A stretch of DNA of 62,495 nucleotides, counting the filler, from Rhabdomonas costata (Eukaryota): assembly GCA_019059605.1 (NCBI GenBank). It is 40 parts of 40 records of this genome, joined end to end, with 100 filler letters (N's around TTAATTAATTAA, not from the genome) between each part and the next. Parts side by side here need not be neighbours in the genome. Positions count along the whole stretch, not along the records: positions 1 to 1,465 come from JAHMHO010015212.1; positions 1,566 to 3,030 come from JAHMHO010015213.1; positions 3,131 to 4,597 come from JAHMHO010015214.1; positions 4,698 to 6,162 come from JAHMHO010015215.1; positions 6,263 to 7,728 come from JAHMHO010015216.1; positions 7,829 to 9,292 come from JAHMHO010015217.1; positions 9,393 to 10,857 come from JAHMHO010015218.1; positions 10,958 to 12,423 come from JAHMHO010015219.1; 32 more parts are not named here. One strand, written 5' to 3'. Shown here in pieces: positions 1 to 12,298 of the stretch. Numbering within the stretch: position 1 is the first letter of the stretch; every line of letters begins with the position of its first letter. The notes under the pieces are model-generated. The model was given only the letters and a program-made list of their open reading frames with translations, searched no databases and had not been told where the DNA came from. The translations under genes and the position numbers were made by a program.

Positions 1-1310
1 TGTGTGCTGGCATGTAGCACTGCTGGGCTGTAACCTGCAGTAGTGCCAATCCAGCCCCAGCCGAAAGCTTGGGCTCAGTATGAAGACCCCCAATGGTCTA
101 AAGGAGGCCTTCCCAGGCCCTCAGAAATGCAACAGAATCGGCAATGCCCTTAAAATGCTAAAATACTTCCTCTACCTCCTCTAGGTCAGGGTCAGGGTCA
201 GGGTCGGAGCTCGGCACAGAGCAGTCGAAGGGCCAAGCGGCAAACGTGCTCATTTCAGGAGTGTTGCCATCCAACCAGAGATGAGCCTTAACCCGCCTAA
301 CCAGCTCAAGTCATGAGGCATCCGATAAGGATGGTACCGGTTAGGTCTCCGGTATGGCTTCGGTCCGGTCCTGTTCACTCCACTTCCTCCACTTCAAACA
401 AGTGTTCTTGAGAGAAACCAGACGTCTGGCAAGTTGGGGGAAACAGGGATCACCGTAGGGCTGAGTGCGAGGATCTTTGATTACTGGTCCAAAAAAAAAA
501 GGGTAAGGGCGGCGGAGAAAGGGAGGATAGCAGGGGAGGAGTCAGAACCAGACTGACGTGTTGTGAGGTCACAGCGGACGATTCTTCCACTGCAGGGGGC
601 ATCATCATCGCAGCGGCCTAAAAAAAAGGTTGCAGGCGCATGTTACAAATCACTTTACAATCAAAGCACGACAACCCGTAAAGCAAAGTATGACTTATCG
701 GCGCTCTGTTCTCCACTTACTCCAGACCTCGCGACCTGCGCCCCTTTGATGACACAGACCATTTCCCTCTCTGGAGTACTTGACAACAGCAGCACTTCAT
801 CTGCCCCGCCCCGTGTGACAAGGGTAGTTGTGGTGCCTGACAAACAGCAGACAAGAGTCATGCGAGGCGCGGTAAAAAAAATTTGTGGTGCAGAGCAAAG
901 CTCGAAACCGTGGAGGATGTTGGCTGCTCCGGTGGTAAAGAGGTGCCGAAGCTTGGTGGAGGGATAAGATCGAGAACCTCGTCCACAGGGAGGCCTGAAT
1001 CCCAAAGAGACGGAAATTAGAAGGCCCCTAGTGAAAGAAAACCCCACGACAAAAAAGACCCTTAGGAGGCTGGGTGTTTATGCCTTGACCAAAAGAAGTC
1101 AACACTTAAACAATTAATACTCCTGCTCGCAGTGGACATCGTCTCGTCGCTTCTCCCTGCTGGCCTCTCTGCCACACGCCATTCTTGGTATTGCAGCTGA
1201 ATGAGATGATGAGGGCTGCAATTTCGCAAGGTGTTTTGAATGCTTTTCTCCAGAAAAGAAAAGAATTCAGGGGAATTCTTCGCGCTGGCAACGCGCGATG
1301 AGAGCTCTGC

Positions 1311-1390
1311 AAATCACGCCAAATCACCAATATCACGCTAAATAACGCTAAATCACCCAATCACGCTAAAAATCATCAAAATCACGAACC
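1311..1390. repeat. Degenerate tandem repeat, unit about AAATCACGC(T)
   Basis: aaatcacgcc-aaatcacc-aatatcacgct-aaataacgct-aaatcaccc-aatcacgct-aaaaatcatc-aaaatcacg. Confidence 0.75.
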
Positions 1391-1465
1391 AGCGGTGGTT
1401 TCAGAGGACGACCCGTTGTCGTAATGCACGGGTAATTGAAACGCAGTTCTCTCGGACAAACACAA

Positions 1466-1565
1466 NNNNNNNNNNNNNNNNNNNNNNNNNNNNNNNNNNN
1501 NNNNNNNNNTTAATTAATTAANNNNNNNNNNNNNNNNNNNNNNNNNNNNNNNNNNNNNNNNNNNN
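1466..1565. other. Artificial contig-joining spacer (N-run, TTAATTAATTAA, N-run); the first of 39 recurring about every 1.56 kb
   Basis: Same 100-bp structure recurs throughout; TTAATTAATTAA places stops in all six frames; flanking sequences are unrelated. Confidence 0.99.
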
Positions 1566-1741
1566 GGTTGGGTGTGTTGGGTAATACTCGGATGTCGAGA
1601 AAGAGGAAGGGGGCTCGGTTGAAAATGAGTTTCCTGGTATTGCACTCCTTTAATCTCCATAAACATTGGGCACCACACACGCCACCTCACGAATGGGAAG
1701 GGTGGGGGAAGGACCATGGTAGTCTGGCACAGAGCCCACGC

Positions 1742-2986
1742 CTGCCTCCAAGGCTGCGGCAGACCAGAGCTGGTAGCACGCCCGCCAGTCCACGCGCCGA
1801 GCCATCTCCCGCAACTGCCGCTCTGCCGCCTCCGCGTCAGAACTCAGGCCTCGCGCACCGATCACCACGACGTGCAACCCTGAGGCAGACGACAACCCCC
1901 CGCTCCAAAATCAACCACACACATGCCGGCAAAAGAAGAGGTGGTGGTGTCTCTACAAACTTTTTTATAACAATAATATTACATGGAACAAAAAAGGCCA
2001 TGTCCGGAGGTCCACATGTAAAAACAGGCAGACAAGGCGGAAACGAAAAGCAAAGAGGTGTGTGAGTGAGTGAAAATGGACATGGACAAAAGGGACGAAG
2101 GAGGGAGGATATATACCCTTGCACATACACAGCAACCACTGCAGAGTCTTGAACAAAGACCACCACCGCAACAGCAACAGCACAGCCACCTTCGCCAGAG
2201 CGTACTCTGAGTAGCCTCCGCAGCACCTCGGCCTGTGCCTCGGGGTTGGACGCTCCAGTGGCCACCACGGCGAAGGCCTTCCCGTGCACCACTCCTCCGG
2301 AGGACCACAACCCCCTCAAACGGTGCTGCATCTCATCCTGCGAGGCCCCCCGCGCGGAATCTGGCAGTTCTGCGGGATTGGGTGACATTATTCCCACAAA
2401 AGGTTTAATCGACGATTACAAGGCGGCCTCATAAAGATCCAAGCAAAGAGCACATCAATCCGAGTTAGGTAGGCAAACAGCAAACGAAAGTTAGTGAATC
2501 GAGCACAGGCATCCAGCATCCACATGGCTTTGGTGTGGGGATTGGCGAAACCCACTTTGGAGCAGCGCTTTCGAGCGATTGAGGGATGTCAATCTCCGGA
2601 AAAATTACTCATCGACTCCCTCAGCAAAAATCAAGGAAGGTCCGGCATCCATTCCTGAGAGCGCACAAGGACGACAGTCTTCCAACTACAGGAGGTAGAG
2701 GATAAGAGATTCTGCACACCCTTCCTCCCCAAAGGAAATGCCCAGAGGGTTGGAGCACTTGTGCATTCGAATTCTGAGCCCAACACGGACAGCATGAGCG
2801 CGACCCACCCTCTTCTAGCTCCCACACTCACAAGGAAACCTGCACGACCAGCTCAAAGCCCCGCGTGGCGGTGGCAAAGAAGCAGCCCTGGCCGCTTTCC
2901 CGAAACGGCGACGTGCTCTGTTCAAGAGCATCCGGGGAGCCCACGAGAAGGGCGTCGTGAAGGATTGCCTCCGGGCATAGCGTCTC
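1742..2986 (-). CDS. Multi-exon hypothetical protein fragment (exons about 2986-2840, about 2370-2190, about 1879-1742)
   Basis: GC-rich open segments bounded by AG and GT/GC; ETLCPEAILHDALLVGSPDAL..., GLHVVVIGARGLSSDAEAAERQLREM...; family not recognised. Confidence 0.45.
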
Positions 2987-3757
2987 CTGCAGGAAACACC
3001 GCAGGAGCTCACCCACGAGACGACGATGAANNNNNNNNNNNNNNNNNNNNNNNNNNNNNNNNNNNNNNNNNNNNTTAATTAATTAANNNNNNNNNNNNNN
3101 NNNNNNNNNNNNNNNNNNNNNNNNNNNNNNGTTTGTTGGGGAGAGAAGAGAAGCACACAGACAGAAGGAGTGCAGGCAATGGCATCCGTGAGTATTGCAC
3201 AATTGCACACTGAGGCCGGACCCAGGCTTACGTCAAGGCGTAAGGGGGACCTGCAGGCCAACTGGGGTGTACGCGCGGAGGGTAGGGCGCCCGTGAAGAG
3301 TACTCAAAACGCGCCAGTCGGGGTTCCCAAGACCCCGCGTACACCCACGTTCATACGTCCCGAGGTCCCGAGGGGGACACGAACCCTGTGAGGCAGGAGA
3401 GAGTAACGTGAGGTAGCATGGCGAGAAGGTGGTGAGGCCCGATGGGCCCATGCCCCATCGGGTGGGGAGCCCGGGGGTGAAGAGAAACGCGAGTCTTCCC
3501 CAGAAAAAAGTCGTTCCGGCCAAGTGCACAAAGTGTGTGTGTCCTTTCAAACAGATTACGGTTGCTAGTGTCTTTCGCGTTTCACAAAAAGGACCACAGA
3601 GACCTGGAATTCTCTCCTCTGCACCTGAAACCCTGTTTGCTTAGAGTGACGGCATAATTTTGAACCCGCCCGCATAAGTCCTCGATGTTCATTGCTTGCA
3701 GAATATTTTATACAATTTTGGGCTGGGTTTAATTTCCACCTTCCGGCGATGGGGCAG

Positions 3758-4377
3758 GTACCTCACCCTGGCTGTGCTGCTGGCCAATCTGGCTGTGCTG
3801 ATGCGGTTGACCACGGTGCTCACTGCGGAGCGCCGGATCCCTGTGGAGCTGGAATGGGTGGAGCGGGGTTTTGTTGTTGTGTACGTGGTGGAGCTGGGTC
3901 TGCACCTGCTTGCGCAGGTTTTTTGTGCCTCAGCCCCCAACCCACGCATTCATACCGGAGTTGCGGGTCGGGTGGAGCAAGTTGTGCAAGGTAGGCATCC
4001 TTTGCGTTGAGATGCATCGGCAAGCATCTAGAATGCTGCGATCGGACTGTGCCGCAGGCGCCAAGGATGCGGCTGTTGTGGCTCTGGTCATTGAAAGTGC
4101 TTAAGATTTGTAAACAGGAAGGGGGGGGGCGATATCGAGAACCTCCAGAAAGAGGATCCAGGTCTCGCACGGGGGAGGCCTCCGCTGCGCTGCCGTGGCC
4201 CTGGGAGTGAACTCGGTTGCGCACTGTGTTCCCTGTCAGGGGTGGCGAATGGTTGTGCACCCCAAAGTCTCGGTGGTTGTGGAGGGCTTTGCTGTGGTGT
4301 GCGCCGTGATCTCCACGGTGGTGTGCTGCTTCCAGCTCACCCTGCGGACGTTCACCTTGGTGCAGATCTTTCGGGCG
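3758..4377 (+). CDS. Voltage-gated ion channel (Ion_trans) voltage-sensor fragment; exons 3758-3917 and 4240-4377
   Basis: S1/S2-like YLTLAVLLANLAVL...VERGFVVVYVVELGLHLLAQ joins in phase 0 over a GT-AG intron to GWRM...LRTFTLVQIFR (S3/S4-like). Confidence 0.7.
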
Positions 4378-4748
4378 GTAGGGCGTGCCCCCTTCCCCTT
4401 CCTGACGTCGTTATAACTGCAAGGAGTGTTCCATGCGGGCTTCTGCTTTCCTCTCTCTCTCTCTCTCTCTTACTCTCGCACATAACCCCCCACCTCAACC
4501 CCAGCCCAGTGCATCCATCATCCCGTCACACAGTACCGCGCACATCCAGAGCCCAACCCATCCTCCGATTTCAGATGCGAAGCATCCCACAATAAGANNN
4601 NNNNNNNNNNNNNNNNNNNNNNNNNNNNNNNNNNNNNNNNNTTAATTAATTAANNNNNNNNNNNNNNNNNNNNNNNNNNNNNNNNNNNNNNNNNNNNGAA
4701 GTTGGGGGGCAAGCTCGAGCCCAAGCACGAGCACAGAAGCAAGCCCAC

Positions 4749-5615
4749 TTATGGGTTTCAGCCACGACCTGCATGGATTGAGCCAGCACGTGCACCACGG
4801 CGCCGGGGTAGTGGGTGCGAATGTACCGAGCCGCGGCCTCGGCCACGCGGTGCTTGTCGCTGCCCGGCACTCCGCTCAAAAGGTGCACCGAGACAACCCT
4901 TTTAGGGAGGTTGTTGAATGTTTAGCGTGAGTTGCCCATTCGCGCAAGTGTACAGACTCATTGCTCCAAGATCAGCCACTCATCACCTCATGTCCAGGTG
5001 AGGCGAACGAAAAAGACAAATCAATGCAACAGTGGAAGCTATTTTTTCGCGAGGCAGGGAAGAAGGAGGCACACTCATATTCAACAACGCTTGCCCATTA
5101 CCCAATGCAACATTGATCCTTTGGCGAAGTGAGGAAAAGCGTTCGCTGAAATCGCAATGTTAGCCCCCCGCCCCAAGCCCTCAGCGTCAGGACCGCGTGA
5201 GAACCGGTGGGACTTCGAACGAGGCCTCTCTCACACTCATTCACATTCACTATATCACACCGCTGAACTGTAAATCGACTGGCTTCATTGGAGAGGACAA
5301 GCTTCCCGCGCGGAGCAGTTGAAGAGCACTCCCGAATGGTTACCGTTACCGTTAAGAAGGGTCAAACAGCATCATTTTGAAATTCCAGACCAGGCGCACA
5401 CACTCGTTGTTTCGGCAGTCGTTGCTAGGCCGGGGCTCGGAGGGCTGCCACTGCGCAGGCTCTTTTGGGCCGACCGAGGTGGCCACCAGCCGCCGGAGTG
5501 TGCCGCAGATCAGCTGCAGCTCCGGGAACTGCCCCCGCAGCCGAACCACGGAGGACCTTGCGGTGCTCTCGACGGAGGCCGAGCCCCCGACAGCCCCCAG
5601 CTCGGAGAAGGTGTC
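4749..5615 (-). CDS. Hypothetical protein fragment with a degenerate P-loop-like motif (exons about 5615-5404 and about 4899-4749)
   Basis: AG/GT-bounded GC-rich exons; VHLLSGVPGSDKHRVAEAAA resembles a Walker A motif with G>D. Confidence 0.45.
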
Positions 5616-6395
5616 CTGCGAGGGAAGAAACGCAGCGCACTAGGACGTTGAGGGGGACAGCACGACGGGTGAACACGAAGTTCTAATTTTGGCTCTCCAC
5701 AACAGCCAAATGGAGTCCAAGATGTTGCAGGCGCTTTAAGACTTCTTGACTGACTTTTGGGTGTTTCTTACGCCTTAAGTCAAAAGCTCATTCAAATTGC
5801 GCAGTGTAGTCAAGTGGGTTACTGGCCAGCCAATGTTCCCATTATTTCGAGAAAGCAGAACTCACTCAAAACTGAGTTTCTTTTCTTCCCCCTTACATTT
5901 TTCTTTCCAAAATGTTGGATATTGTCCACTTCTGAAAAGAAAGCAGCCTTACTTTAAACCTCAACAATAACGTCGACAAAATGTCTGCACTTGAGAGTGC
6001 CACGGTGTCATTCAATGGTAGCCAAGTTGCCTGACCTAGCTCGGAGAGAAAAAAGAAACAGAAAAGGGTCCCCATGAACATCAAAATGCAAGCGGAACCT
6101 CTCGCACAGCCACCCGGCGAGAAAGCTCCGCGTTGTGCTCCAAGATGCACACGCAGTCCTGANNNNNNNNNNNNNNNNNNNNNNNNNNNNNNNNNNNNNN
6201 NNNNNNTTAATTAATTAANNNNNNNNNNNNNNNNNNNNNNNNNNNNNNNNNNNNNNNNNNNNGTTTTGTTGGCGTCCTTCCTGGAAGACTTTCCTCGCCG
6301 CGTGTTTTGCTTCTATGTCACTGGTTTTTTGCTTTGCAATGTTGAACACCGGAAAATACCATTCACACACGATGTGCTCAAAATTCATTCACACG

Positions 6396-6695
6396 GACCA
6401 TCTTTTGACGGCTCTTCCTCCGCCCCCTGGGGGGAAGGATCTGAGCTCGAGCCCGCTGCCTGCTCCCGAGAGGGCCTGTTCTCTTCGCCGTCGCCATCCT
6501 CACCCGCGTCCGCGGTGATGGGCCCCGCGACAACGGGCGCGGGCCGTGGCTCGTCAAACTGGGTGGCAATCCACAGCGAGCGCTCCGAGCGGGGTTTGTT
6601 GGGCTGCTTGGCGGCCTTCTTGGTGAAGGACTCCGGCAGCGTGGACTGCACTAAGGGGCGCTGCTTCTTCTCTTTCCTGGAGGCCAGGTTGAACC
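6396..6695 (-). CDS. Low-complexity hypothetical exon
   Basis: gcag|ggttcaac acceptor and gtgtga donor; GC-rich hydrophilic reading frame (FNLASRKEKKQRPL...). Confidence 0.4.
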
Positions 6696-6728
6696 CTGCC
6701 CCTGCATGGAAAGGAGCCGATGTTGGAA

Positions 6729-6936
6729 TCTCAAAGTTCAATGTGGATTCAATTCAAATCCAGTTCACCCACTTCAAACTTCAGTGTATTTCCCTCGGGC
6801 GAAGCTGTTAAAAATCCTCAAAGCTCAATTCAGTGTCAGCCAAAAGTTTTCAGAACCCCCCAAAATCTCAAAGTTCAAAGTGTGAGACACTTCGAAGTTC
6901 AATCTCACAACAAAAGTTCAAAGCTCAAAGCTCAAT
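6729..6936. repeat. Dispersed degenerate heptamer repeats TCAAAG(T/C)
   Basis: Repeated ctcaaagttcaa / ctcaaagctcaa / aaagttcaaagctcaaagctcaa. Confidence 0.6.
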
Positions 6937-8076
6937 ATAAGCTGAGCCAAGATTAATAACGTGCTTTCAATCTCTACAATCGAATAGCTTTTTCTGGTGC
7001 TGGTTCTTGAAGCGGTTGGGAGCTCCGCCAGACAGGGTACCTGGATTGGAGGATGTGGACGAGGGAATTGGGGATTAACCTTGCAGGACTTGCAGCAAAG
7101 CTGCTAAGAACCGCAAGAAGTATTGGCAGGGCGTCGTCCACGCAAGCTCGACAATCCCCTCACCCATTCCTTCCTATCAACCGGTGAAGGCATCTTGTGG
7201 CCCGCCTGAGTCCCTCTAATCCGTCAAAAGATAAAAAGGCGAAACAACGTAAGTGAGTGAAGGGTGCAGCAGTCAGAACCTGGGGTAAAGTCGTCCCCCA
7301 CCTTGAACACGACGTGATCGCCATCTCTGAGATTCAGGGGATTCCTCGTGATTCCGGCCCAATGGTAATCATCCACAGTGGCGAATGTGCCTGCGTTGTG
7401 TGTGTGCATGTCCCCGAAAATGGGGCGCGCATGTATTAACTGTTGAACGCACTGCGCACAGCGTGCTTGCTGATAACGGCATGCTCTGGAAGTCCCTTGC
7501 CTTGTGAGCATCGGGTGTGCCATGTGCCTGATGAACGGACTGCAGACCTCAAAAACGTCAGAAACAGCAAACCCCATGATGGACCATGGGCAATTCCCTT
7601 CGCAGCATAATCAGAGAGCAAAGCATAATTCGAATGTGTTGCCAATATGAGGCAAATGACGTTTTGGTTCTGCAGGCCGTAAAGCAGAAGAAGAGCACAC
7701 GCATCCACCACCAACCAAACACACCCACNNNNNNNNNNNNNNNNNNNNNNNNNNNNNNNNNNNNNNNNNNNNTTAATTAATTAANNNNNNNNNNNNNNNN
7801 NNNNNNNNNNNNNNNNNNNNNNNNNNNNGTGGGTTGGTGAACTTGTGCAAGTGGGATTGGGTAAAAAGGCTCCATGTTTGAGGGAATTTTTCTGCTTTCT
7901 AGTGTTTTTTCTAACATCATTTGAAGGTAAACTTGTGGACGTTCCTCAAAGTTTTGCTGTGATGGTGTGATGTTTGCGTCAGAAATTCTCGCGCAACATG
8001 TTGCCTGCACGTGCACGTGGACACAAAGACACGCACCGGGTGATGAGGCGCCGGAGAGGGAAGGTCTTTTCGAGAC

Positions 8077-9207
8077 CTGGGTCTCCACAATGGCATCCCT
8101 GCACTGTGCCGAGCTGGGCCTGATCCGGACACAAGAAGCCTTCATATCCTGGAACTTCGCGTCGTCCCAGCCCATCCGGAACCAAGGTGTGGCAATGATG
8201 CCGTCCAGCGTGATCCTCTTTGCGGGGTCCACAACAAGGATCTACACACCACAACGGAGGCAAAATGGAAGCCCGGGGCACATGCTCCTGGACTTCATGA
8301 AGCCTCTGCAACCCACGAAACGTACAAGACTGCTGTTTTTCCATCTCGTTCTGGATTCACTTTTGTTTGTGTGGCACGTGCCCGCCCGCTCGCCCGCCCA
8401 CCTGCTTAGAAATTTTGTTCGTGCTCCCCTCTGCCTCTGCGCAACTGTTTCCCGTGGACTCACGTGTTTGTTTTGGCCGTTGTTGCTTCCATTCCCACCC
8501 TGAAAAACAAAAGTGTCCGCTAGGAAAGTGATTTTTTTGTGTTCAAGTTGAACCAGTTCTGTACAGGACTTGTGTCCACCCACCAAAACCGGTCGTTCAA
8601 AGCTACCACTATCTCGTACTTGCCACACAGGATAAAAGGCGAACTTTAAAGCAGCATCTTTATTTTACCCTTTTCTTTTTTTTTTACCTTCACGGTAGCA
8701 TTTGCGGACCTCCGATAGCCTATGCCACCGTCGGCGAGTAATCAAATGGGAATTTTCGTGCCGCTCCCCACTTAAATCTGGCGCGGCAGTGCAAGCGCTG
8801 CTGGAACACCCGCCCACCCCCAAAGCACTGTGGTTCTGTGAATGGAATCGTGAATGCACGTTTGGGTGTGTGCGCGCTCAGTCAATCTGATGAAGGATGA
8901 TTCCCAGCCGGAATTTTTGCAAGCATGCAAATCGCGAGAATATTTTAGGGGTGGGGAAGTCAACGAACATCGAGCCTCCCACTTAAAAGCACGCAATCCT
9001 TTCCTGAAAAAGCGCTTCGCCGACCTGAGCAATGAGTTCCTTTACTTCTGGCGAGAAGTGCTGGGCCATTCGGTAGTCCCCACGCTGAATCTTCACGAAG
9101 AGAGCCTTGATGCTGGAGTCATTGAAGGGCTGATGACCCGCCAGCATGACAAACAGAATCACTCCGCAAGACCAGACGTCAGCAGTAAAGCCGCTGTAAC
9201 CTTTGTC
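8077..9207 (-). CDS. SNF1/AMPK/CIPK-like Ser/Thr kinase, subdomains IX-XI; exons 9207-9025 and 8241-8077
   Basis: KGYSGFTADVWSCGVILFVMLAGHQPF and ILVVDPAKRITLDGIIATPWF; phase-0 GT-AG junction. Confidence 0.92.
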
Positions 9208-9836
9208 CTGGAAAGTGATCAATACCCGAACGCAGTGCAAAAAGAAAGGTAATGGAAAACACTGGCGCTGAATTTCCTTTTCCACCACCCCCNNNNNNNN
9301 NNNNNNNNNNNNNNNNNNNNNNNNNNNNNNNNNNNNTTAATTAATTAANNNNNNNNNNNNNNNNNNNNNNNNNNNNNNNNNNNNNNNNNNNNCGCCCCCC
9401 CTGGAAACCTCTGCTCTCTGTATCACTCATCACCGTTATATTTATTCCCGTAATCACTATCAAGTGAGTTCATCAAACAAACTAAACATCGAAGGTTCAA
9501 GAGACTCTTTCAAACCTGCTTGCGGGAAAGTTTCCGCGATAGGGAGAACATAAATGCAGGGAAATAGTACGGACAATACTTCCGGAAGGATTAAAAACAA
9601 ACCTTGTGGGACAAGACATGCAGTCGAACTTGGATAGAATGACATGGGAACCCAACCGGCAACTGTTCAGAGTGTCTGGTGTTCATGGAAAGCCACGCAA
9701 AAGGGATGATTGGAACTTGCCTTCAAGGAAGCTTTCCAGAGGGCCGGCCAGAGTGAGGGTGGAAATTGAATATTGAGAACTAGGGGGCGGGCAGGAGGAC
9801 GAGAAAAGGAGCAGGTCGAAGAGAAAGTGCGCATTC

Positions 9837-10565
9837 CCAAAAAGGCCGCTGTGGCGGCTGCCCCAGTGAAGGCCATGGGAAGGAACCGAACCTCCCTCCC
9901 CACCAGCATGACCACCAGCACTGGGGCTAGCAGCACCGCGACGTCAAACCGGAACACCACAATTGCCGCGGTGAACGCCATCAGAGAAGGCACCACGCGG
10001 GTGCCCGAGATCCACGCTGCCACCGCCGCCTGAACTGCAGACCCCCACGCCAGACGAAACGACACCTCACCAAGAAGGCAGGATGTGAACCAGTTCGCCT
10101 GCTAACCATCTGCGAATTACTATTTAAGAATTCCAGGGGACACGCGCATCGCATCCTAACCCCCTGCACTCTGAGGAAGGGGCCATAAAAGCACTAATTC
10201 ACAGCTCACATGCAGTGGCCCTACCCCACTGAGGGGACGAGGCACAACTGCACTTGATAGTTCGGGGGCAGATGAGAGATGAGATCGGTGGGGAACAGTA
10301 CTCGTAGTAGAGGTCCCAAGGGGTGAGAGCCATTCCGCAGGGAGAGGAGAGGGGGACAATGGGGTCATGGTCACGGCAACGGCAGACAGACCCAGGCACA
10401 GGGCAAAGGTGTTGGGGAGCATCCGGGTGGCGTAGAACAGGAGGTGGAACTGGGTCCCAGTCAGAAGCACTAGCACCGTGGCCGCAGGGCGCCCGAACCG
10501 CCCCTGCACCGCCCGGCACAACCAGGCAAAGCTCAGGCACCACAACGCACCCAGGACCGCCCGGG
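9837..10565 (-). CDS. ALG12: Dol-P-Man alpha-1,6-mannosyltransferase (GT22), fragment; exons 10565-10392 and 10034-about 9837
   Basis: QFHLLFYATRMLPNTFAL matches the ALG12 signature QFHxxFYxxRxLPN; the second exon has AAIVVFRFDVAVLL; phase-1 junction is in frame. Confidence 0.85.
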
Positions 10566-12076
10566 CTGTGCGAGCCAGGCGCCCGCACCCCCAAACCAAA
10601 CGCATACACGCACATATGCACCGTGTAAAAGGCATTGCTTTGGCTGAGGTCTTTTCAGCCTACAGGGAACATGGGGCTTATTCCAATGTACTTCTGCTGT
10701 CTGCTGCTGGCGGAGGGAAACCTCACTGTCGCATTCACCTGCGGTTCTAGGGATACATACGACGGCCCCAAGGCCCCTTCAATGCAAAACTGCTCCCCAC
10801 CTCTCCAACAGATAAAACCTGTGCAACCTCACAGCATATTTGCTTTCACAAAACCCCNNNNNNNNNNNNNNNNNNNNNNNNNNNNNNNNNNNNNNNNNNN
10901 NTTAATTAATTAANNNNNNNNNNNNNNNNNNNNNNNNNNNNNNNNNNNNNNNNNNNNTGTTGTAGGTGAACCTAGAACACTAGCGAGGTGCTGTGATGGA
11001 TCCAAGTTTCCATGTGCTTCCATAGGTTTCCATATTGCTTGGCATGTTCCTTGTGTTGATGCGTTGATGTCAGAGTGCCATGCTAAATTCGCCTGATGCC
11101 GACAAGTCTCTCCTCTTCAACCCAATTTTTGGGAAGGCGGCACATCCCTGTTTCCCAAAAGAGCAGTTATGAAGAGGGAGATAGGTGAAGAAATGATCGA
11201 GCCCTAGGTTGTTTGTCACATTTCATCCCCCACATCCCTTCCGTTTCCGCTCTCGGGACGCGTCATCCTTCTCCGCGGGGTCCACCACCTCTCCCACCGC
11301 GAAGGCACCGCGGGCGGGACCGTGGCGAACACGGCCGCCTTGCTAGCTCTAGCCGGTTACCTCCATCCCGTGGCTCTTCTCACAGCCGTCCTGGACGAGC
11401 TTTCCCACTGCAATGCTGGGGAACGCACTGCGTGCAACCTGGAGATGCCCCCTATTGTTGGTGTGGTGGGGCTGACCTCGGAGTTATCCAGGTAACTTCC
11501 TGCTAGACCAGGGCGATCACGCTGTGATACCGGAAACGCCCCCTCCCTCCCAATAACAATAACAACAAGTGCACCGGACCAGGAACGTTTTAGGGGACAT
11601 AACTGACTCAACGAAAATTGCGTGTCTCAATTTCAGAAAATAACGATAATCACTGCTGCGGCACAACGTAACGGCAACAAATGCAAAGAGTGGGCTTGGG
11701 ACTCTGTTTTTTCTTTTTGTTTTTGCGAAGAATTTAACGCTATGGCGACCTTTTTTTATTGTTCAACGGACGTTTTTACACCCCAAAACTTAACTTGAAA
11801 GCCATTGTCATATCGGAGGCGAAATTAAACTGTCGTTATAGAGTTCTTCCAGCCTTTCGCGGCTGTATTATTTCGATGAAAAAAAGGTAGGAGGCCATTG
11901 CGCTTCTTGAATCTGAACTGTTTTGTTGTCTGCATTTTTTCAACGACGAATAATATTATTCAGTCCCACAGGTGCCGATACAAATCAAGTCAAACAGATG
12001 GCCACTTTGAACCGGCGATGAACAGCTCGTTGGTTTTGGAACAAAGTGCGTGTTTTGCTTCGCAGCGTTCCTGCAG

Positions 12077-12298
12077 CTCTCCGCAGAGCAGGGCGGCTGG
12101 ACACGACTGTGGAGATGCCCTCCCCTTCAGCTGAGCAGCGGCTGCAGATACTGCGGCAGCTCCTTGGACGCCATGAAAGCAGGGGTTGCGGCCTGGCTCC
12201 CAGTCGGCAGCTGGAAAGCTGTCACACGAGTGCGGAGCAGGAGACTGTGGAGGAAGCGGACCTACGGGCTTTGGGTCAGGAGACTGTTGGATTTGTCG
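12077..12298 (+). CDS. AAA+ ATPase exon (CDC48/AFG2-like; second region of homology and lid)
   Basis: ALRRAGRLDTTVEMPSPSAEQRLQIL...LGQETVGFVG; AG/GT bounded. Confidence 0.85.

Noticed and set aside
10-260. Hairpin with a UGUAA loop and TCAGGG repeats as SRP RNA or a telomere
   Set aside because: No convincing SRP helix-8 motif; only about 3-4 variant hexamers, located internally
3289-3325. Minimal hammerhead-like string gtgaagagtactcaaaacgcg..gtc
   Set aside because: Two invariant core positions (C3 and G12) are substituted
5195-5240. tRNA-like GTTCGAA T-loop on the minus strand
   Set aside because: No cloverleaf or acceptor stem can be formed
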